NCBI GenBank assembly: GCA_000004695.1
Contig: CM000152.2
Location: forward strand, 1,216,001 to 1,280,000
Length of the DNA stretch: 64,000 nt
Direction: 5' to 3'
Source: Dictyostelium discoideum
Lineage: Eukaryota
A model generated the notes under the pieces. That model saw only the letters and a list, made by a program, of their open reading frames with translations, was not told the DNA's origin and did not search any database. This document shows, piece by piece, positions 1 through 13,685 of this stretch. The position numbers and the translations under genes were made by a program. Position 1 is the first letter of the stretch, and each line of letters opens with the position of its first letter.

Positions 1-1
1 A

Positions 2-1558
2 GATTTAAGAGAACCACATAAATGGTATACTGAAGCTAGAAAATTTAAAAGAAATATTATATTACATGTTGGACCAACAAATTCTGGTAAAACTTATAAT
101 GCATTAAAGAGATTAATGGAATCAGAGAGTGGAGTTTATTGTGGACCATTACGTTTATTAGCACATGAAGTTTATGATAAAATGAATGAGAATGGACTTG
201 ACACATCTTTAATGACTGGTCAACTACGTATAAATAATCCAAATTCAACACATTCATCATGTACCATTGAGATGGTATCCACTGATAAAATGGTAGAGGT
301 TGCTGTAATCGATGAATTTCAATTAATGTCTGACACAATTCGTGGTCAGTCTTGGACAAGGGCAATATTGGGTATACCGGCGGTTGAATTGCATTTATGT
401 GGTGATAATACTGCAATTGAGTTGGTGAAGAAGATATGTGAGATCACTGGTGACACATTAACAATTAATAACTATGAAAGACTATCGACATTGGTGATTG
501 ATGAAGAGCCAATCGCATCGATGGGTGATATTAAAAAAGGTGACTGTTTAATATGTTTCAAAAAGAAGGATATCATATTCTACAAGAACTATCTTGAGAA
601 GCAAGGACTCAAATGCGCAGTTGTCTACGGTTCACTACCACCCACAACGCGTGTTCAACAAGCTAAGCTTTTCAATACAGATGAGAGTGTCGATGTGCTA
701 ATAGCCACCGATGCCATTGGCATGGGTTTGAATTTGAATATCGGTCGTGTGATTTTCTTAACTTTAAAGAAATACGACGGGGAGGTCGATAGGGAGCTAT
801 ACGCCTCTGAGGTGAAGCAAATCGCAGGTAGGGCCGGTAGATTCGGCACAAAGTACCCCGTTGGCTCCGTAACCACTTTCACCAGAAAGGACTTGGCAAA
901 GATTCGTAAGGATTGGCAATCACCAAATATCATCTCTGACAGGGCTGGTATTTCCCCATTATCTCAACAAATTGAGAAATTCTCATTATTACCACAATGT
1001 AAAAATTTAAAATTCTCTGAAGTTCTCACTGAATTCATGGAAAATACAAATATAGATAAACATTATTTTCTTGGAAATTTCCAAGAATTCATTACAATTG
1101 CTCAAATCACAGATTTCACAACAATGTCAGTTAAAGATAAATTCCTTTTCTCTCAATGTCCACTTAGTAATTCAAAGAATGAAATTCCAACATCTCATTA
1201 CATAAAATATGCACTTGGTTATAGTAAAGATAGAAAAGTAAATCTAGGTTTTGATATAGATAAAATTAATAACGCCGAAAAGAGATTCAATGAATCTCCA
1301 GATGACACTAAAAAGTTTTCTGAATATTTATCGACCTTGGAATCTTATTATAGTGTTACCGATATTTATCTTTGGTTATCAAATTATTTCCCAACTCATT
1401 TCATTCAAGTTAAAAATGCAATCGAACTCTCTGAATTAATTTCACAAAGAATTTCTTTAGTTTTAGAACAACAAATTCAAAAGAATAAAAAAAATTATAA
1501 AATATATGGAAACCAAAAATCAAAAAAAAAATCATCACCATCACCACACAAACTTTAA
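2..1558 (+). CDS. suv3: SUV3-like ATP-dependent RNA helicase (mitochondrial degradosome helicase), 5'-partial: ORF is open to the window edge
   Basis: Frame-2 ORF is open from nt 2 and encodes ...RNIILHVGPTNSGKTYNALKRL... (Walker A) upstream of the ORF-track Met at 116. SUV3-type core follows (LRLLAHEV, VIDEFQLM, IAGRAGRFG). TAA at 1556-1558. Confidence 0.8.
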   Translation, partial: DLREPHKWYTEARKFKRNIILHVGPTNSGKTYNALKRLMESESGVYCGPLRLLAHEVYDKMNENGLDTSLMTGQLRINNPNSTHSSCTIEMVSTDKMVEVAVIDEFQLMSDTIRGQSWTRAILGIPAVELHLCGDNTAIELVKKICEITGDTLTINNYERLSTLVIDEEPIASMGDIKKGDCLICFKKKDIIFYKNYLEKQGLKCAVVYGSLPPTTRVQQAKLFNTDESVDVLIATDAIGMGLNLNIGRVIFLTLKKYDGEVDRELYASEVKQIAGRAGRFGTKYPVGSVTTFTRKDLAKIRKDWQSPNIISDRAGISPLSQQIEKFSLLPQCKNLKFSEVLTEFMENTNIDKHYFLGNFQEFITIAQITDFTTMSVKDKFLFSQCPLSNSKNEIPTSHYIKYALGYSKDRKVNLGFDIDKINNAEKRFNESPDDTKKFSEYLSTLESYYSVTDIYLWLSNYFPTHFIQVKNAIELSELISQRISLVLEQQIQKNKKNYKIYGNQKSKKKSSPSPHKL

Positions 1559-1951
1559 AATATTCTAAATAAAGTAAAAATGGAAAAAATAAATTTTAAA
1601 ATTTCACATCTTTTTTTTTTTTTTTTTTTTTTTCCTTTTTTTATTTTTTTATTTTTTTATTTTTTTTTTATTTTTTTATTTTTTTATTTATTTTTTTATT
1701 TTTTTATTTTTTTTTTGATGAAACAATACAACACCATATGGGTTGATATTGTCACATTTTTTTTTTTTTTTTGTAAAACACCACTTCAATTTTTTTTAAA
1801 TTTTTTTTTTAATTTAATTTTTTAATTAATTTTTTTTTTTTTTTTTAATTTTTTAATTTTTTTTTTTTTTTTTTATTATTATTATTATTATTTTTTTTGT
1901 AATAAATTATTTATTTATTTTATTTATTTAAATTCACTCATTAATATTCAA

Positions 1952-1998
<47 letters not shown>

Positions 1999-2242
1999 TA
2001 ATATTTTAATATTTTAATATTAAAATATTTATATATATATACAACACTTAGCACAAAAAAAGTAATTTTTTTTTTTTTTTTTACACCCATACGCAAAACA
2101 TCCATATATAAAAACAAACATATATTTATTTTTAATTAACACACTCATACACCACTTAAATTATTTGATTTTTTTATTTTTATTTTTATTTTTATTTTTA
2201 TTTTTTATTTTTTTATTATTGTTTTTTTTATTTTGTTTTTTT

Positions 2243-2274
<32 letters not shown>

Positions 2275-2804
2275 CCTTTCTATCCAATATCAAAAAATTT
2301 ATAATAATTAAAATAATTATAATAATAATTTAATCACAAATATTAATATATAATAATAAAAATAATAAAAATAATAATTATTATAAAAATAGCCATAATC
2401 AATACCCAAAAAAAAAAAAATAAAAATAAAAATAAAAAAAAACAAAATAAAATAAAATAAAATAAATACATATAAAAATAATAGTAATAAAATCAATCAT
2501 TAATTATTCTTTTTTTATTTTTTTTTTCACATATTTTTTCTTTAAGCTTCCAATAATAATAATAATATTAACCACCTAATTTTTTTAATTTTTAATATTT
2601 TTTTTTTTCAAAAAAATAAAAAATAAAAAATAATAATAACATAATCAAATAATACACAAATATCAATAATAGAAATTTTAAAACAATTTCCTATTATTTA
2701 TTTTTTTTTATAAATTTCTTTAAAGTAAATTCTTATGTAATAATTCTTTTATTATTTTGAATAATTTTTTTTTTTTTTTATTTCTGTTTATAATTTAGAA
2801 TCTA

Positions 2805-2837
<33 letters not shown>

Positions 2838-2918
2838 AAAGAAAAGAAAATAAAATAAAAACACCTAAATATATTTGTAAACATATACATATATATATAT
2901 ATATATAAATTTTTTGAA

Positions 2919-2954
2919 ATGAAAACATCAAAGGATAGTAGTAATAGCAATTCA

Positions 2955-3009
<55 letters not shown>

Positions 3010-3825
3010 GTTTAAATGGAACATACTCATCAAAATCATTATCACCACCAACATCACCAAAACAAATGAGTGGAAATAGTATAATAAGTAATAGTACTGG
3101 CAATTTAAGTAGTGGCAGTGGTAGTGGTAGTAGTAGTGGTGGAAATAAAAAATTTATAAATAGATCATTCAATACATTTATTGATTTTATAAAGAAACCA
3201 GCAAGAAGGAATTCAAAAGCACATAATACACCTCCACCTTATCCTGAAGTTGATACTGGTTTTGGATATTTTTTAGAATTAGATAGTAAACCACCAAAAC
3301 CATTTGATGAAAAGGATGATCCCATACATAATAGTACTGGTTCAACTGATAGCTGGGAAGGTGATTTAAATTCAAGTGGTGGTGGTGGTAAACAACCCCA
3401 ACAAACACAACAACAATCAAGTGGTGAAAATTTAAATAATTCTTCAGATAGAAATAACAACAGTAATGAAAATAATCAAATAGTGGACGATAATAGTAAT
3501 GTATTTAATAAAGGAGTGGTTGTACAAACAGTTCCAATGACAGAGATTGGCTTGTTTCCAGTATCTTTAATGATGGCACAACAAAGGGCTGAACATCCAA
3601 TTAATGTTGAAGATATTGAATCGGATGTCCAAACTTGTTCAATACCAAATAGTAAACCATTATATAGTTCATTAGGTTGTTCAACAAACTCTTCAAATTC
3701 TGGTTCTTCAATTTCCGCTCCAAATATTACTTTCCAATCTTTTGGAATTTCCCCTGTAAATAACAACAACAATAATAATAATAATAGTAATAATAATAGT
3801 AATAGTAATAGTAATAGTAATAGTA

Positions 3826-3906
<81 letters not shown>

Positions 3907-4792
3907 GTACTGTAAATAGTAATAATAGTAGTTTAAATAATAGCCCAAGATATCTTAATTCTTCTTCATCTCCGAGATCTATGCAACATCTATCTTCTAA
4001 AATTACAACTACTACCACCACAACAACTACTACTACCACCACAACTTCTGATGATAATAATGGTAATACTAATAATAATATAAGTAATAATAATAATATC
4101 ATTAATAATAGCAATAATAATAGTAATAGTAATAATAATAACAATAATAATATTAATAATACAAATCATAAATTTAAAACAATGGAAAAATATTTTTCAT
4201 CAAAAGAAAATTTCCCAATACCATTTCCAAAGTTAAAAGATGAATTAGGTGTAATAATTGAAAATTCAAGTAATAAAGGATATGTTGGAGGAAATAAAGG
4301 TAGTGAAGATAGAAGAAAAAAGATTGAACAAAAAAAGAAACAAGTACCAGCACCAGAAATGAAAGCAACCAAAGAGAAATTTATAGAAACCATTACTGAT
4401 CCAACCACTTTAAATTCATTTAGATCATTCATGGAGAATACACAAAGTAATGAAAATTTAGAATTCTTTTTAGAGGTTAAACGATTTAATACAATACAAG
4501 ATCAAGTCTTATTAAAACATACTTGTGATGACATTTGGAGAAGATTCTTTGATGATCTTGCAGTTACACAATTATGTGTTGAATCATCACTTAAAAAATT
4601 AATTAATAATCGTAGAGAGAATCCAACTCATTCAATGTTTAATGAGGTTTTAGATCTTTTATTAGATGATATTGTTTGTGATGCTTTTAGAAATTATATA
4701 TCATCACCTTTTAATCCAGAATGGAAAAGTGAATTTAAAAAGAAATTTACAAATAATACATATAGTACAACAACTCAACCAATTAATAATTT

Positions 4793-4824
<32 letters not shown>

Positions 4825-6296
4825 GTTCTACTCCTCCCAATAATTATAGTAGTAGTCCAATAAAACAAAGTAATATAAATAACAATAATAATAATGCTAG
4901 CAGTAGTAATATTGCAAGCAGTAGTAATGTAAATAATAATAATAATAATAGTAATGGTAGTAACACTAGTAGTTCACATCATAGAGAAAGATTAGATAAT
5001 ATAAAAGGAAATAGAGAAAGAGTAGATAGTAATGGTAAAGAAAGATCAATTGATAATAAAGATATTTTATCATTATTAGAAAGTAATTTAAGTAACCATA
5101 GTAATAGTAGTTCAAATAGTAATGGAAAAGATAAAGATAAAGACAAAGATAAAAATGAAAACACTACTGACAATTCAAATAATAATAATAATTCAAATAA
5201 TAATTTAAATAATTTAATTATAAAAAATAATTTTAATAATATTCTTCAATCACCACAAATTGTATCAAAAATTAATGAAATTTTTAAAGATTCAAATAAT
5301 TCACAATTATCAATTTCAATAACATTAGATAATGATGAAGATCCAACAATATTTCATTTGGATGAAAGTGATATGGAAAGTTTAATTGAGGAGGTTGTAA
5401 AGGATAATATATCAGTTCATACAGAGATTAGTTATAGTGATGTTTCAATTCATAAATGGATTGCTTCGGGTTCATCTGGTAGAGTTTATAATGGACAATA
5501 TAAAGGTAAGGATGTTGCAATCAAAGTACTTGGTCCTGAAGTTTGTGTACATTTCGATTTGAATGAATTCAAGAGAGAAGTTGCTTTAATGTCAATTTTT
5601 AAACATGATAATTTAGCAAGGTGTTTGGGTGCTGGTCAATATGATGACAAATATTTTCATTTGACAGAGTATTGTCACAATGGTTCTTTGTTTAGTTATT
5701 TAAGGGATCAGCGTAATAATATTAGTTTTGGTCAAAGATTACATTTTGCATTGGGTATTGCAAGAGGAATGCGTTATCTTCATTCAATGTCAATCATTCA
5801 TAGGGATTTGAAATCAATGAATATCCTATTGACAAAGAGATTAAAAATAAAGATTGTAGATTTTGGTACCTCTAGAGTAGCAAATAAATATAATATGACA
5901 ACCCATGTTGGCACCCAAGCTTGGATGGCTCCTGAGATTTTCACTTCAAGAACCTATACGAATAAAGTTGACGTTTATTCATATGCAATCATTTTATTTG
6001 AAATTTTCACTAGAAAATCTGCATACGATGAAAATGCAAATATTAACATTCCAAATATGGTGATGAAAGGTGAAAGACCAGAACTTCCAAAAGATATGCA
6101 AACTTCAATTTCAAATATAATTAAAAAATGTTGGCAACAAAAACCTTCAAATAGACCTTCATTCATTAAAATAGTTGCATATTTAGAAAGTATAATTTAT
6201 CCATCAGTTTCAAATAGTTTAGGTTTAGTTGCCTCAACTTCTTTCTCTTCTTCTGCACTTTGGTCTGGTCAAATTTTAGCACAGCCAAAAAATTAA
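2919..6296 (+). CDS. rckA: RGS-domain-containing Ser/Thr protein kinase (central RGS domain plus C-terminal TKL-type kinase domain), single exon, 1125 aa
   Basis: ATG 2919. Long poly-N/poly-T low-complexity N-terminus. RGS fold ...FRSFMENTQSNENLEFFLEVKRFN...NYISSPF. Kinase motifs GSSGRVY...AIK, HRDLKSMNILL, DFGTSR, APE. Architecture and length match Dictyostelium rckA from memory. Confidence 0.8.
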
Positions 6297-6620
6297 ATAA
6301 TAATAATAATATTTATATATACAATTATTCATATTTATATATATATATATATTCATATTATATATATACTTTAACCTTTCAATAATCCATTGTATTATCA
6401 TTAATTTTAGTCTTTTTTTTTGTTTTTTTTTTTTTAAAGAAAAAAAAAAAAAAAAAAAAAAACATAAAGTTTAAATAATAAAATAAAAAGGTACACATTT
6501 TATATAGTTCGAAATTTAATTATTATTTTATTATTATTTTAATTATTATTTTATATTATGTTTATTAATTTATTCTCATCACCCATCATCATTTTTTTTT
6601 CTTTCTTTTTCAGTAACTTA

Positions 6621-8201
6621 TTAATTTTTTGAAATTAAAATTGCAGAAAACATCTTAATTGATGATTCATAGTTATCACTTTTATCTTGAAATATCTTTA
6701 AATCTTCCATATAATTTTCACATGCATAAAAAATTGTATGACAATTTGAAGAACTTTTTGAACCAAAATGAACTGTACGATGATTTAAAATTTCAATTTT
6801 TGGTGGAATGAAACTTTCAATTATAAATGTTGAAATTGATAATCTCTTTATATCATATATCTCTTTTAAAGCATTCCAAATTGTTAAATCTATTCCTTTT
6901 AATTCTTTTCCACTACCAGATGATTCTAATTCGGTAGTAGTGGTATTAGTGGATGAATAAGAATTTTTTAAAATTAATCCAACATTATATAATTTTAAAT
7001 CATCTTTAATTCTATTACTAATATCTTTTATAATTGAATAATTATATCTTTTGATATTATTATAAATATTGTTTTCTTCATTTTCTTCATTTAAATATTT
7101 ATAATAGTTATAATAATCAATTGATTTAATACCTTGAGAAAATTCAATTTCACTTATTGATGGGTTGAAATTCTCTTCACAATAGCCAGTATAAATAGTT
7201 GGATTGATGAATACATTGAATTTTGAAATAAATACTACACCTTTTTCAACTGGATTTATCTTTGAAATACTTTCATTTAAAAAGAATATCCAATTTGAAT
7301 AGTTTGAGTGATATATTTCATGTGAGAAATTATTATTAAATAATAATTTTAATTTATTATTATTATTATTATATTCATTATCTTCTCTTTTTCCACCCCA
7401 AATTGGTAATAATAAAACACCAATTTGAAAATTATTAATTTGATTTTCATTTCTTTCTTTTAAATGATTTACATCATATTCAACACCTTCTTGATAAATT
7501 AAAATCTTATCAAATTCAATTTTGTAATGATCTGAAAAACTTTTTAAAGGTTTATAAATTGGTTCTTTATGATAATCATTTATTCTATTTTTATTAATTT
7601 CATTTGGAAGTTGTTGTTGTTGTTGATTATTATTATTATATGGAGTTGATAATTTTAAAATTAAATTATAATTTGGACTATTTTCATCACCACATGAAAT
7701 ATTGTCAATTAAAATTTGAGATCTTTTAGATCCAAATTTTGATTTAGAATAGGATTCATATTCAATTGGTTTTGTTATTAATAGTGATAATAATTTAGAA
7801 ATTGGTATACATTGTTGATATTGGCCAATGTTTGAATTTGTGAGAACGTATCCTCTATTTCTTCCTAAACCTTCAATAAGATTTGAAATATTATTAAATA
7901 TTTTAAAATAGTCATTACACTTTGTTAAATATTTACCAAGGTTTAATTTATTAACAATGAATAAGTTCCAGCTTTTGCATACTATTTGAATAGAGTTTAC
8001 AAAATCATATAATTCATTATGTGATAATGATTTTAATCTATAATCTAGTATTTTAATTATTAAAATATTTGCTAGTTGAATATTTTCACCTTTTAAATTA
8101 ACAATTGGTAATAAATCTTCATTTTCTTCTTGATCAAATTTTCTTGTCATTGCTGTTATATACTCTGATGATACTTGTCGATTGATTGGATGTGATGGCA
8201 T
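6621..8201 (-). CDS. hypothetical protein, 526 aa, no recognised domain
   Basis: Continuous minus-strand ORF, ATG at 8201-8199 (verified), TAA at 6621-6623. Asn-rich linkers typical of Dictyostelium proteins. Confidence 0.6.
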   Translation of the reverse strand: MPSHPINRQVSSEYITAMTRKFDQEENEDLLPIVNLKGENIQLANILIIKILDYRLKSLSHNELYDFVNSIQIVCKSWNLFIVNKLNLGKYLTKCNDYFKIFNNISNLIEGLGRNRGYVLTNSNIGQYQQCIPISKLLSLLITKPIEYESYSKSKFGSKRSQILIDNISCGDENSPNYNLILKLSTPYNNNNQQQQQLPNEINKNRINDYHKEPIYKPLKSFSDHYKIEFDKILIYQEGVEYDVNHLKERNENQINNFQIGVLLLPIWGGKREDNEYNNNNNKLKLLFNNNFSHEIYHSNYSNWIFFLNESISKINPVEKGVVFISKFNVFINPTIYTGYCEENFNPSISEIEFSQGIKSIDYYNYYKYLNEENEENNIYNNIKRYNYSIIKDISNRIKDDLKLYNVGLILKNSYSSTNTTTTELESSGSGKELKGIDLTIWNALKEIYDIKRLSISTFIIESFIPPKIEILNHRTVHFGSKSSSNCHTIFYACENYMEDLKIFQDKSDNYESSIKMFSAILISKN

Positions 8202-8202
8202 T

Positions 8203-8267
8203 TCAAACTGTGTTGAATGGTTTTGAGGAACTATTAATATCGGTTGTAGAGTTTGAAGTAGGTGTGG

Positions 8268-8329
<62 letters not shown>

Positions 8330-8697
8330 GAGATTGTAGTATTTGTGGATGATATTGATTTTGTAGATGATATTGATTTTGTAGATGATATTGGTTTTGT
8401 AGATGATATTGGTTTTGTAGATGATTTTGGTTTTGTATAGGTATATTGGTTTTGTATATGATATTGGTTTTGGATTAAGTTTTGTTGTGGTTGAGGATTG
8501 GGAAGTGCTGGTAGGTATTGTGACGTTTGAAATGATTCAAACATAAAGTTCTGTTCGTTTATTGCTGATGGAAATTGATAAGTTGAGCTTTGGATTTGAT
8601 TATTATTATTATTATTATTATTTCTACTATATGGATGGTAGGAATGATAACCCGTTTCTACTGTATTATTATTGTTTTTATTGTTATTTATACCCAT
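8203..8697 (-). CDS. low-complexity ORF (poly-N, 18-bp repeat-encoded KPISST units, poly-T) abutting the 526-aa ORF in a different frame; possibly the 5' part of the same gene with a frameshift
   Basis: ATG 8697-8695 verified; TGA at 8205-8203. The next ORF's ATG starts at 8201, leaving 1 nt between them and a frame offset of 1. No room for an intron. Confidence 0.3.
8250..8470 (-). repeat. (GTT)n of about 27 units followed by about 7 tandem copies of an 18-bp minisatellite GATGATATTG(A/G)TTTTGTA (coding poly-Thr and KPISST repeats on the minus strand)
   Basis: Direct reading of 8241-8470. Confidence 0.9.
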
Positions 8698-9450
8698 CTG
8701 GGTTGGGGAAAATAAAAAGAATTTGACGATTTTTTTTAAAAAAAAAAAGATATTTTTAAAAAAAAAAAAAAAAAAAGTAAAAAATGATTTATTTTAAATT
8801 TTTTTTTAATATGGATTTAGAATATAAATATAGAATATCAAAAATACCCAAAATGATATAAAATATAAAAAAAATGAATGAAACCATAATGATTTTCCAA
8901 TTATTTGATTTTTAGAATTTAAATATTTACTTTTCATTTTTTGTAATTGTTTTTTTTATTTTGAAGGACAATGATTAGGGAATAAATTTTAGATTTTTAT
9001 GGAAAAAAATTTTTTAATTTGATTTGTTTATTGAATTTATTTATTTTTGATTTTTAAATTAAATCTGGATTATTTTATTTGTTTTTTTTTTCAATACATT
9101 TTATTTTCTTTTTTTTTTTTTTTCATTTTATTTTCATTTTTTAATATTCATCTATTTTATTTTATATTTATTCTTTTTTTATTTTTTTAAAATGCTATAA
9201 AGGGATGATTAAATAAAAAATAAAAATAGAAATAAAATTAAAATAAAATTAAAAAGATTTGGTTTCCTTTTTTTTTTTTTTTTTTTTTTTTTTCCACTTT
9301 TTATTTTTTTTTAAATTTGTTTTTTTAATTTTTTTTTTTTTAATTTTTAAATTTTTTTTTTTTTTTTTGCTCTAAAAAAAAAGATGTTATTATTATAAAT
9401 TGAAACACTATAAAATAAAAAAAAATTAAAATAAAAATAAAATAAAAACA

Positions 9451-10525
9451 ATGTTACCGAATAATAGTCCATTTTCACCTTCATACATAAGTGGTAATAA
9501 TAATAATAATAATAATAATAGCAAAAATGAAAGATCACCACCGCCACCATTACCACCAAAACCACAACAACTCCATATAAATGATTTAGGTAGTACACCC
9601 ATTAAAAAACCAATCAATAATTCATCTATAAACACACCAGATAATAAAAATAAAAATAACAATAATAATAATAATAATAATGAACAAAAACAACAACAAC
9701 AATTTAGTTATAATTCAACACCAGTGTCAACACAAAAAAATAATACTACTACTACCACCTCAACAACAGCGACACCATCACCATCTGGATCGAAACCTTC
9801 TCTAATTAAACCACGTACTCCATCATCTATTTTTAATAATTCTAGTATTAATAGCATGAATGGTAGTAAATACAATAATTTAAATTTTAATAATAATAAT
9901 AATAATAATATACCTTCATCAGCGCAACCAAGTAATATTGGTGAAGTTATACTTGAAGAATTAGTTCCAACTAATGATTCTGACTATAGCAATAAGAATA
10001 ATTTTCCTTCTTCACCATTAACACCTGCTAATGGAATGAGAAGTACTTCTAAAACACCTCGTAGGTGGAGGTTAGTACCTGCAAATTGCACTTGTTTACT
10101 GGTATGTAATTTTAATTTTAATCAATTATTGTACATAGTATATTCTTTACCATATACCAATCTTTGTAACTACTAACAATTATTATTATTATTATTTATA
10201 ATAATAGCATGAAAATAATTTAAATAGTAGTGCAAATACTAATGCAAACAACAACAACAACAACAGCAGCAGCAATAATAATAACAACAACAACAGCAAT
10301 AATAACAACAATTCATCAAGCTTTTGTCCTAGATGTAGTCAACAAATAAATAGTGATGATAATAATAATAACAATTCAAATTTTGGTAATTTAGATGAAG
10401 CATTTAAATCAAATTATAGCGTTAATAGTAGAAATAATTCAAATATAAATAATAATAATAATAACTTTAATAACAGTGGTGGTACAGGTTTGAATGGACT
10501 TAATAATAGTAGTAGTAGTAAAAAC

Positions 10526-10573
<48 letters not shown>

Positions 10574-11075
10574 TTGAATGGTGGATTTAATAGGTCATCA
10601 TCAACAACAACAACTACCACAGCCAATAATTTTTCATATCATACCCCATTAAAAAAGGTAACGTATAAAGTTGAATGTACTGGTGATTTTGAAAGAGAAC
10701 TTGATCTTTTAAAGAATGAAGTTAGTGAATTGGAAGATGAATTTGGTTTATTAAAATTAAACTCTTCATTAAATAAAAGTCATGGTCCAATTACTACAAA
10801 TTCAACTTCAATTTTAAATGATTATAATAATCTACACAACCATCAACAACAACAACAACAACACCACCACAATAATCAAAATAATCATAATAATAATAAT
10901 AATAATAGTCATAGTGGTATTAATACTAATAGTACTGATAATAGTACTAATATACCATTTAATAGAACATCATCTACTTCTTCCACTTCAAAATCACCAT
11001 TTTTTTCAAATTATACCTCATCATATTCAATTCCAAATAATAAACTACAACAACAACAACAACAACAAAAAGGTG

Positions 11076-11154
<79 letters not shown>

Positions 11155-12665
11155 TGAAGATAAAGTTCAAGAAGTTGAAAAAGATGATGAAAATAAAATT
11201 AAAAAATTTACAATAAATAAACCATATCAATATGAATTTAAAAGTAATGGAACATCAAGTAAAAATAATTTATTAGAACAAATTAGTAATTTAATTGATG
11301 ATTTAGAAAAGGAAAAGAATGAATCAGCAACTATTAAACAAGAGAGGAATGAATTTGAAAGATTAATGAAAGAACTTGAGAAAACTTTAGCATTAAAAGA
11401 GAGAGACATTACTTCTATCAAACAATTGAATCTACAAATTGAACAACAATTGATAGAGAAAGAGAAAAGTACAATTCAACTATTGAATCAATTGAAACAG
11501 TATCAAAATGAATTGATAGAGAAAGCAGTGGATTTAGAGACATTGAAAGAATTGGAGGTTGAAATTTACTCTATTAAAAATCAATACAATGAAAAGATTA
11601 ATGAACTATCTGAAAAGAATCAGCTATTACATCAAAATGAAAAGGAGATTCAACAATTGAATAATAACATCCAAAGGATGAGACTAGAGTTAACCAATCA
11701 AGAGAAAGCCGAGCAATTACTATTGGAAATTGGCAAACTAAAGAAATACATCACCGATTTAGAACATTCCTCAAAAACACTTTTAGAAAATGAATTTTTA
11801 AAATACCAATCACTAAAACAGCAATCAGACTCTGAGAAACAAAGATCAAATGATACAATCAGTCGATTGGAGCTAACAGTCGCTCAAAGGGAGAAACAAA
11901 TTCAACTATTAGAGAATGAAAAAATTGGTAAGATTTTAATTGATAAATTAGAATTTGATCAATTGAATCAAGAGATGACTTTAGCATTACAACATCTCTC
12001 TGAATTGGATATTGATCATAATCAATTGAAACATGATTATAATACTTCACAAGAACAACTTAATCAATTACATTTAGATAATCAACAAATTAATCAACAA
12101 TTATTAGATCAAAAGAAATTAATTAATCGTTTAAAATCTGAAAATGATGATATGAAGGAAAGATTATCAAAAGTTCATTTCATAGTTCAAGATTCTCCAA
12201 AAAAACAATTATCACAACATCAATTAAATCAAATTTATCAAACTCCTTATAGATCTTTAAATTTTTCAAATTCACCTTTAAATAATAATTCTAATAATAG
12301 TAATATTGATAATAAAATAAATCAATTATCTTCCTCTTCTTCCTCCTCATCACCAACAAATATTAATACTAATAGTAATAGTGGTAATAGTGGTGTTAGT
12401 GGTGGTATTAATAATTTAGATAATACCAATAACAATACCAATAATAATACCAATAATAATAGTATTAAAGTATTAAATTTTAAAGAATCACAATCAACTT
12501 CTGAAAGTATTTTCAATTCAGTATTATCAGAACATTCTACTATTTCAAATGATGATAATAATAATAATAATAGTAGTAATAATAATGATAGTAATAATTC
12601 AATTAACCAATCATTAACTCCAATTACTCCAATGTCTTTACCAAAATTAAATGGATTTTTAAATC

Positions 12666-12741
<76 letters not shown>

Positions 12742-13450
12742 TAAAAATAATAATAATAGTATCACTTTTAATATTCAAAATGATGTAAATAAAACTCAAA
12801 AACAAAATGAAGATTCAATCGTCAAAAATACAGAATATCAAATTCAACATGATGTAGATCAAAATGGTATTCATGAAAATGATAACAATCATAACAATCA
12901 TGATAATGATAACAATGATGACAATGATAACAATGATGACAATGATGATCATTTTGTTTCTGAAGAAGACTATCGTAAATATATAAATAGTGATTCAAAT
13001 CAACAAGATGAAGAATATGAACAAGAATATGACCAACAACTTTATCAACAAGATTATCAACAAGAATATGAACAAGAATATGACCAACAACAAGAAGGAG
13101 AAGAACAAGAAGAACAAGAAGAACAAGAACAAGAAGAACAACAAGAAGAAGAACAAGAACAAGAGGAGGAACAATTAGAATATAATCACAATCATGATGG
13201 TAATGAAGAACAGGAAAATTATCACAATAACCAAGATGATGAAGATGATTATATCAGTGAAGAACAAGATGATTGGAATAATAGCCTCAATTCAAAAAGT
13301 AGTAGTAGATTAAATGGTATACGAAGAAGAGATGATGATGATGATAAAGATAATGATAAAACTCTTGATGATGAATATTTTAATGACAAAGATTTTGAAA
13401 TTAATGTTGACGAGGAAAAAGATGAAGAAAAAGACGACCGAGGTTTATAA
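9451..13450 (+). CDS. large low-complexity coiled-coil protein (about 1130 aa), 2 exons: 9451..10101, 10208..13450
   Basis: ATG 9451. GTATGT donor at 10102 and AG acceptor at 10206-10207 (106-bp AT-rich intron) rejoin the frame with the 10490..13450 ORF, with no stop between 10208 and 10490. Poly-N/Q tracts, heptad-rich central segment (about 11280-12200), acidic EEQ-repeat C-terminus. Confidence 0.7.
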
Positions 13451-13631
13451 ATTATTTTTTTTTTTTTAAAAGGAAAAAAAAACCCTCAAAGAAAACCTCT
13501 AAAAAAAAAAATATATCAAAAAAAAAATATAAAAAATAAAAAAAAAAAACAGTTTTGTTGTACAATTAATATCTCCAATCAATCACGAAATTTCTCACCA
13601 AACGAGATTTTTATTAAAGTCGGTTGGACAA

Positions 13632-13663
<32 letters not shown>

Positions 13664-13685
13664 TCATATCCATATCTTGGCCAAA

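Noticed and set aside
1580-1825. 81-aa poly-Phe ORF in the SUV3-rckA spacer
   Set aside because: Homopolymer T runs in AT-rich intergenic DNA, with no codon structure. The same applies to ORFs 14037..14258, 14617..14847, 46477..46674 and 57465..57716.
3476-4144. 222-aa poly-L/poly-V ORF antisense to rckA
   Set aside because: An artefact of (AAT)n, (ACT)n and similar repeats within the rckA low-complexity N-terminus.
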